A stretch of DNA of 57,893 bases, filler included, from Sphacelaria rigidula (taxonomy: Eukaryota): NCBI GenBank assembly GCA_964200075.2. It is 8 parts of 8 records of this genome, joined end to end, with 100 filler letters (N's around TTAATTAATTAA, not from the genome) between each part and the next. Parts side by side here need not be neighbours in the genome. Positions count along the whole stretch, not along the records: positions 43,498 to 50,645 come from CAXNAA020016253.1; positions 50,746 to 57,893 come from CAXNAA020016254.1; 6 more parts are not named here. One strand, 5' to 3'. The notes beneath the pieces were generated by a model. That model saw only the letters and a program-made list of their open reading frames with translations, was not told the DNA's origin and searched no databases. This document shows, one piece after another, positions 50,274-57,893 of the stretch. Numbering within the stretch: the stretch's first letter is position 1; the number at the start of each line of letters is the position of its first letter. A program made the translations under genes and the position numbers.

Positions 50274-50810
50274 CTGATATTTGGGGGCGGGAGGGGGGGC
50301 GAGAGGGGAAAGGGGGACGAGGGATAGTCGAGCACTATGCTTTAATGCACTACGTTTCAACAGCTTGTTGCATACACACACACACATACGCGTGTTATTT
50401 TCTCACAAATTCTACCATGACTTTACCACCCCCTCCCCCCCGAGACTACAATAGACGCTGATTGGATCACGACCCTGGTTCGTTGTCACTACCCTCGTAT
50501 CTGACCTCCATCTCGTCAAGGGGAGAGGAGACAGGTGGACCAGCTACGAACATATCGTCCAATAACAAAACATGGGGGAGGAGGGGGGCGTTCTCATGTG
50601 TTGCTTGCCTCAGTCGTTTGACCATTGACCACGCATCCCTTTCGANNNNNNNNNNNNNNNNNNNNNNNNNNNNNNNNNNNNNNNNNNNNTTAATTAATTA
50701 ANNNNNNNNNNNNNNNNNNNNNNNNNNNNNNNNNNNNNNNNNNNNTGTGGGAAAAACCTCAGTTGTAAATCCTCAGTTTTCCATCAACGGTTCCAAAAGG
50801 GTTAATATAT

Positions 50811-51700
50811 GATGGTCTCCCACAAACGATGGCTCTATTGAACCGCACAGACGATGGAAACATGAATCAAAATACTTTTGAGACCAGAAACAGCTTTCGG
50901 ATTAGGTTTGGCCGTATTTGTCGAAACTGTCCCGGTCCTCCTCAACTCGGCGCTGCAGCGGAGAAATTGATGAAAATTGGCAGTAACTCGCCCATTATTC
51001 GAGAGCTTCTTCTCACAAATGATGGTTCTCACGAACCGCACGGACAATGCAAACACGTGGCAAAACGCTGTGGCGCCGAAAATATTTTCCTGCTGAGTTT
51101 GGCAGTACTTGTCAGCAGTGTCACGGTGCTCCTTAACCCGGAGCTGGGGCGGCAAAGTTTGGGAAATTGGCCGTAACTTGCTCAATATTGGATAGTTTCT
51201 CACAAACGACGGTTGTAATGAGCCGCACGGGCAATGGGAACACGTATCGACACATGTGGGTGCCGAAAACCTTATTCCTGTAGAGTGTGGCCGTATTTTT
51301 GAGCACTGTCCCGGTTCTCCACAACTCCGCACCAGGGCGGAAAAGTGTGAACGATTGACCGTATTTCGCTCAAAATTCGATGGTTTATCGCAAACGATGG
51401 CTCTAATGAATCGCACGAATGATGGAAACATGTATCACAGCACATTGGTGCCAAAAACTCCTTCCCTGTGAAGTATGGGCACGTTTTTCAGCACTGTCCC
51501 CGTTTCCCTCAATTTGGCGCTGGGGCGATAAAGTTTGAAAAATTGACCATAATTCGCTCAAAATGTGATGGTTTCTCACAAACCACGGATAAAACGAACT
51601 GCACAGACGATGCGATCACGCACACGTGCACTTCGCCGGCGAAAACGTATTTCTGTCGAGGTTGGCCATATTTTCCAGCATTGTCCCCGTTTTCCATTAT
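50811..51700. repeat. Diverged tandem repeat, unit about 189 bp, about 4.7 copies
   Basis: GATGGTTTCTCACAAACGA..GAACCGCAC..ATG motif at about 50811, 51002, 51191, 51379 and 51567. Confidence 0.88.
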
Positions 51701-54407
51701 AGGACGTTAGGGCAGAAATTTACGGCTTTGGGGCAGAAAGGTTGATATGCCATCAACGACGCCGAAAACAACCGGGTGACCGATGCGGTCTCTCCACAAA
51801 AAAGCAAGCGCGAAATATAGAAGAGGTGCTGCTGTTCACTGCAGTCTGTTATTTTACGAGGTTCAATGCTATTTAATGTCAACCCTTCCAGGTGCCAAAC
51901 CACGACAAAGCTTAGATGGACCTGGAGGATTGGAGACAGAAGCCGCCCAGAAGAGAAGAGAAGACAGATTCTTTGAAAAATGGCCGCATGGCTGTAGCGT
52001 TACAAATCTTCGGCATCTATAGAGCTAAATTCCCGTTTCGAGGACCCTGAGATACGTTCACACCAGTTCAATACCGTCCTCCGACCCCTCCCCCACGTTC
52101 ATGTACTCTACAAACTCCGCAGACAAATCAAGTTCCTCCTGAAGCTCCACGCCATCATCCTCCACTATATATATACAGCTGCACAGGCCCAAACTCGGGG
52201 TCCTGATACTCAACTGGGCGTATCTCAGCCGTTTTTTCGAAATTCAAAATTCCGGCTGGTGGGTAACAAAGGCCTGGTCCTCAGTTCTCTCGTGGAACCG
52301 GTTCTATACGCTGGTTCTCTAACATTGGTTCTATCTTTCATTTCCTCCTGTGAAAAGAGGTATGTTTAGAAGTGCCTGTTTTCGTTGCAATCTGTTGCAC
52401 GCTGTGTTGTGTTTCTCGCCATGGGACCTGTATCGTCTGACAGCTGCACTCGTCACCTTTCGTTTGATGCCATGGGAGGCACCGTGATCCTTCTGTGCGC
52501 CTTTAAACGTGTTCATATCAAGTTTTGAAAAAACTTGCAAAAATGAGAAAATGAACCGTCACGAAAAACGAAAAATCTCACCTCTGTTTCGAACGAGAAA
52601 AAAACGTGAATTTGGACCTATTAACAATGTGCCTCCGTAATAGGAAATATCGACGTGGGCACCGGGGGGGAACAAGATCTGTTCATTTTACAAAGATCTA
52701 CCGGGCCTACCGCTCCTATCGAAGAGTATACAGTCGTCGCGACAAAAAAAAACTTTTGAACAAGAGAGTTACAGGCGCCTAGTACCCAGCGTAGTCCATC
52801 AGCTTCACCCACCTTCCAGCTTACAGCGTTTGCAACCAACTCTTCCAAATACTTGTACTGGTTGGAATTCACCGCGTGCCACGAACAACACATTGCGGAC
52901 CACCGTGAGCAAAGTGGTCACCCAACTCTGAACAAATGACTTCGAAGGTAGACGAGGTATACCGGATGTTATTTCGTCGTGTGGGCAGCCAAGGGTGTCG
53001 CGATGGAGAAGCGGGTAATTGACCACGTACTGAAATCGAGTAATTGGGGCGTTCGATACCAACTCCGATCCAAGTTGTACTGTTGTAGTGACAGGCTGAT
53101 GAAATCAAGTTAAGTTCTACATCGTCTGCTGCGTAGCCGGAGGCCTCAAGGGAAACGAGGGTGCCCAGCTCACCCTCTGTAGGACCGGATCCCTTGCCCC
53201 TCGGCAGCCGGGGACCGGGTTGTGTGTTGACTCATCATTTTCTTTCAAACTTGGAAAACGAGTAGATGACATACATGGCCCCCCGTGACGGCGAAAAAGG
53301 TAATGCCTAGGGATGCCTGGATGCCTTTCAACTTCGATCGTTGAGCATGCCCCTCGGGGAAGCCCACGCACTTGCAGTAAGTCATGTTAGTGTGGACAAG
53401 TCGCGCGTGGGGAATAAACCCAGGGAGAGATTATATGTGAAGTCTTTCCTGCGTGAGCTTGGTGTGCTTTCTTATTCGGGGAGAATCCATCGGCGAGAGG
53501 TGAGACAGGCATGGGGTCCCGTTCCGAGGTGGGAAAAAGAGTGGGAAACCGCGATGGTGTAGATCGACACAGCGGAAAGTCCGGCAAAAACATGATTCGT
53601 CCCTCATTATCTCTCGCGAAATGGTATATCGCCATTTCCGGTGCCCATCAGCTGCCTACAGTAGTAGCGTACAGTATATTACCGACGACGGTCGGTGAAC
53701 TAAAATAAGTACAAAACTCCTTTCATTTGCTACGCAACATAAGCGTGCAGGCTACACACATAAGCTCTAGAAAACCTCACGTCAACCGGCACATACATGC
53801 GAGCGGCAGCTGCCGCACTTCACCACAACAAATCATTACAGGGGGGAACCATCCAACCACGTTGGCCCCTTCCTCGACTACACCACAGACCATATGGGGT
53901 GATCAACAACAGTCGAACTACCCCCTTGAGCCCCCTCCTCGTGTTCACTCCTTCGTAATTCTCATTTTTTCTCCGAATTCTTGATTCCTCCTGCACTGTA
54001 GTACTCGTAGAGTACACGGCAACCCGTTCCACAGCCCAACACACCGGTTGCGGCTTACGAGAATCACATCTGCACCTCTCCGACGAGAAACACACGAGCC
54101 CCCCCTCCCCACCCGGCGAATGCTACCTTCCTTCTGTTGCACCCCGAATAAATTTTCAGGAACTATCCCCAAAAGCTTCGAGGACACAAGGAGGAACACC
54201 CACTCCCCACCGTTTACGTGCGTTCAACAGTGGCAATTTTGTAAAAAGCAAAAAATAATAAACAAAAAACGTCACGCACTTGAAAGGGCTGGCTGGGACG
54301 TGTGTGCGCGTGTAAGACGGCTCCCATTCTTGGTATCCATTTCCGGGGCACTGTATGTAGCACAACAAGTACTCATGCTCAGAATCAGTATTTTCAACTT
54401 TCCAAGC

Positions 54408-54979
54408 CTACGCCGATCTCGTCGCCGGAAGGGCCTGATATTGACCACCACCCCATCCTACCGCAGTCGCGCCGGTCGCAGTCTGTGCACCGACCCCGAC
54501 ACCCGCCTGCGGCCCTTGCGGTACTGCGACCGCTTGGTTGCACCGTAACCCAGGCGTCGCTGTACCCGTTTCTGTCTCCCCGAGCGCGCGAAACCGGAGA
54601 GTATCGAGTGCGTTGCTGCTGCTGGCGTCGGGCCCGGCGCCGCCGCGTGCCCGGAAAGATGTGGAGCCTTGGGCGAAGGTGGCGGTCACTTCTAGTTGCT
54701 GATGCTGCGAGAAGGACTGCGGGAGATCGTGGTGGGATTGATGGATCTCCCGAGGGGGTAATATCGAGATTCCTGTCGCGCCGCGGTGATTATTGGGACC
54801 CGAGGCGAAGCTTCCGCTCGTCCCCGCTAACGACGCGCTCAGTGGTCCTATTGGCGTACCTCGTATCGCGTGGGGGAATTGTTGCTGTAGTTGTTGCTGC
54901 TGCTGCTCGTGCCTTCGCTGATCAGCAGCCAAAACATGAGCCGATTGTTCCGTGTATCGGGGCCGCTTGTCCCATGCTG
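54408..54979 (-). CDS. Candidate terminal exon, low-complexity Q/G/A/T-rich
   Basis: GC-rich open frame of about 190 codons with poly-Q, starting after TAGCAG; no domain recognised. Confidence 0.4.
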
Positions 54980-55882
54980 CTAGCGTGTCTTCCGCGCCCT
55001 CGTCACCCTTACCCGAACAAAAAAAGCCAACAATCGTGGTTTTCAGCGGGAGACAGGCAGAGTTGAGGGGAAATATGTAAGCTTACCGGCTGCATGCATG
55101 CTGTTCATGTCGAGCTGTTCTCACGACGTACGTACAAATTAACCCTAACCCAAGGCGTTCGAGAACCGTCGGGAAGGTTGCCCTAGGCAAAGTGTGCGTT
55201 GCCAGACCTTGAAACGGCGCCGAAAGTGCCAATTTAGACAGAAACACGTTCGACAATCGATCAGTCAATCAATCAAATTAATAAAACGTCCTAGGCAAGC
55301 CAGGAGCACTCAGCCCCTCTCAAGATCCAACTATCGGTGTTCACCCTAAAATCAAGTAGTCATCCTGTCAACCATAGATTTTCGACTGAACCTTGAGCTT
55401 TACTGGATTGATTGACTATGAATCATACTACCCCCATATTCCGAAGAAGCTGTGTGCTTCTCGAGTCACGCTGTCTGTTACAGAAAATGATTTCAGCCCA
55501 AGAGAGCACGTTCTCGACGTTCCTAGGGTTCCACAGTTCCTGTCCCCTAGACAATATCCACAAGGGCCATTTCCCACAGAGAACAGCATGCTCGCTGTCT
55601 GGTCTCCAACGAGGGATCCCCTCCTGGGCTGTCAACTTGTGTGTGCTCCTCAGCACCTGCACAGCGTCCGTGGTAGTCAGTCTACCGGAGGGGGGGGGGG
55701 GTGTACTCATGATCTGGGGGCGGGGGGGGGGGCGGGGATAGTATTTTCGCAGCGCGAATAACAACAACAGCAGCCTCGTGACCCCCATCTCCGTACATAG
55801 TACCCAGCACTCGAATCACCTACTTGCGAGTAACTCTAACATTTGCAGCAGGATAAACACAGCGGAAGCAGTAAAGCCTCAC

Positions 55883-56050
55883 CTGTATACGCATCGCTTG
55901 GAGAGTGGACTGGACAGCATCTGTATCCATGCCCTCTGCACGTTTTCGCTTGGGTGCCGTTCCTGGCTCTCCTCTACACAACCCCGAGCCTCGCGTATGC
56001 GGTTCAAATTGTACTCCGAACAGAAATCCACCCGCCAGCGTGCGTCGCAC
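55883..56050 (-). CDS. Candidate exon of an unknown gene (neighbouring candidates at 56395-56598 and about 55432-55656)
   Basis: CCCCCTCCGTCTCCTAG acceptor, CAG|GTGAGG donor; 168 nt; two frames open. Confidence 0.5.
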
Positions 56051-57575
56051 CTAGGAGACGGAGGGGGCAACGTACTCTTCGAGTCTTCAGAGTATACACG
56101 GTGACTTCCAAGTCGTCGACACGATTTCGATACTCTACAGGCTGGGCGGCTTAAGAAGCGGACTTTTCTTTAGCCGGTTCTAACTGACGATCTATCGCGA
56201 ATCGTGCCTACTATGACACATCGTGGTAATCTGCAAATCAATGCGCATCTTTTACTTGACGTAGCACTGCGGTCTGACAAGTTCCCATCAAACGAAATAC
56301 CACACTGTAGTCAGCTGCGAAGTGTGGAGAGTTGAGGGTGGTTTGTGCGGCGGAATTAGGGGGGGGAAACGGCTGAAATCGCATTTACGGTTACAGTCGG
56401 TTGTTCCGCGGCCACAAAGTGATGGTGGTCGTACAACAATGCATGTCGAACTGTACGCGCGCAAGGTCTGAGACGGCACGCAGACGAGACTTCCAGCGCC
56501 CCAAGGCGTCGGGCTTGTGGAAAACGTCAAAGTTCCGGCTGAGGTTGTTGTACTTAAAAAGCAAGTGAACCGGTTCTCGACAGCAAAACGCGATTTCACT
56601 GCTCAATTTCAAGTATTTTTCTATGAAAATTTGACACACGGGGTACATGTGAAGCCGCTACAGTTTGCCCCTCCTTTTTTTTCTTCCTTGTGATTCATTG
56701 GTTATCTACATTTCGGAACAATTTTTCCTGGTGAGAAAACGTCGACAACTCATTGAAAAAAAATCAAGGGGGGACAATCGGGACTTCACAACATACGTCA
56801 TGCGCATCGTGTCAAAGTTTTGTGGGAAAATAGTTGAAAATGAATAGGGTAACCGCGTTTAATTTTTTAGTGGCTGGTGCATCTCCACATAGGAACTAGT
56901 CTTCGCCGCGAACACGCTATTCAACAGCTCAACTTTGGGTGGTTTCCTAGAGAATTTTGACACGATGTACACGGTATGTACAGTATGTCCAAAGACTCCG
57001 CCTTCAGCCCCGTGCATTTATCTCATTGTTCTCTGTGAGTTATCGGCGACCAAGTATTTCAGAATATTTTGTTTCGGAACAAAATCGTGACGAACTCCCC
57101 GAAAAAAAAAAAAAGGGGGGCCGAAGATGGAGTCTTTCACAGGCACCGTAGGTAAGGTCCGGTACCGAGCGTACCCGCGGTATTTACCGGGTATCCCATA
57201 CCGTGGTATGCGTAGGCATCGTAGGTATGACATTTCAAAATACCGAAATGGGCGGGTACGTTGTGTATTGAAACAAAATAAAGAGGTACATGATATTGAC
57301 ACGTTCATATCAAACCTGTACAAAGTCGTGAATGATACACAGTTCCAAGGCGAGAGGGCATAAAAGCATCAAGCTGTGCGTATAGATGCCCGGTGTGCTC
57401 TACTTGCAGCATAACAACGACCGACGACCGACGACCCACGTTGATCTGTAAAAATGACGTTGAACATGTGTCGTCCTTGGCATCTCCTCGTGGTTGTACT
57501 CTCGCTTCACTGTAGTACTGTTGTGACTATTGTTGTCATTGTATGAGTACTAGTGCTAGTAGTAGTAGTAGTGAG

Positions 57576-57822
57576 TGCTGCTACGGTAGGGTTGCACTTT
57601 TTGAGCGAAAATGTATCTCGGGGTGTTGCACGGATCATTTTGAGAATCGGCATCATTTTCACTTGAAAAAGACTGAAAATGATGCCGATTCACGAAAAGG
57701 CCCCTGTGTGCATCTCCATGTCCTGTCCCCGGAGCTTTGGGTTGCACAGTAAGCCCCATATATTTAGGCTCCTACAAAAAGGAGACCCAGAAACAAAAAG
57801 TGCAACCCCTATCGTAGCATCA
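57576..57822. mobile_element. MITE inserted in a (TAG)n microsatellite
   Basis: TIRs TGCTACGGTAGGGTTGCACTTTTT and AAAAAGTGCAACCCCTATCGTAGCA; (TAG)n on both sides; internal hairpin at 57644-57692. Confidence 0.8.
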
Positions 57823-57825
57823 ATC

Positions 57826-57893
<68 letters not shown>
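57826..57893 (+). repeat. (TAG)n microsatellite
   Basis: Perfect TAG repeats to the end of the window. Confidence 0.97.

Noticed and set aside
7151..50745. Regular 7.25-kb periodicity of TTAATTAATTAA, and any cross-contig gene neighbourhood
   Set aside because: Assembly linkers between length-sorted contigs; adjacency has no biological meaning
50835..51431. 198-aa repeat protein
   Set aside because: Chance frame within the 189-bp tandem repeat; adjacent units do not keep the frame

Overview
This window is not one locus. It is eight unrelated, length-sorted eukaryotic contigs (7150, 7150, 7150, 7149, 7149, 7149, 7148, 7148 bp) joined by artificial 100-nt N-linkers carrying TTAATTAATTAA. Short GC-rich exons in long repeat-filled introns and TTAGGG repeats suggest a brown alga or other stramenopile (inference). 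Most of the ORF track is noise. The DNA is dominated by decayed mobile elements: an RTE-type LINE relic, a tail-less non-LTR family ending in ATGAGTAC that sits at C-runs, tRNA-derived SINEs, several MITE families, Helitron-like 3' ends, a Q-rich gag-like ORF with a CCCH finger (DIRS/Ngaro-like), and probable KDZ-like and piggyBac-like transposase relics. Host genes are visible only as spliced minus-strand exons. The best-supported model is a coiled-coil plus protein-kinase-fold gene with HRN in place of HRD (pseudokinase or pseudogene). There is also a multi-pass membrane protein and two unknown genes. I found no CRISPR array, operon or complete novel system. The best leads are the HRN kinase, the C-run-targeting retroposon, and the Ngaro-like and KDZ-like relics.
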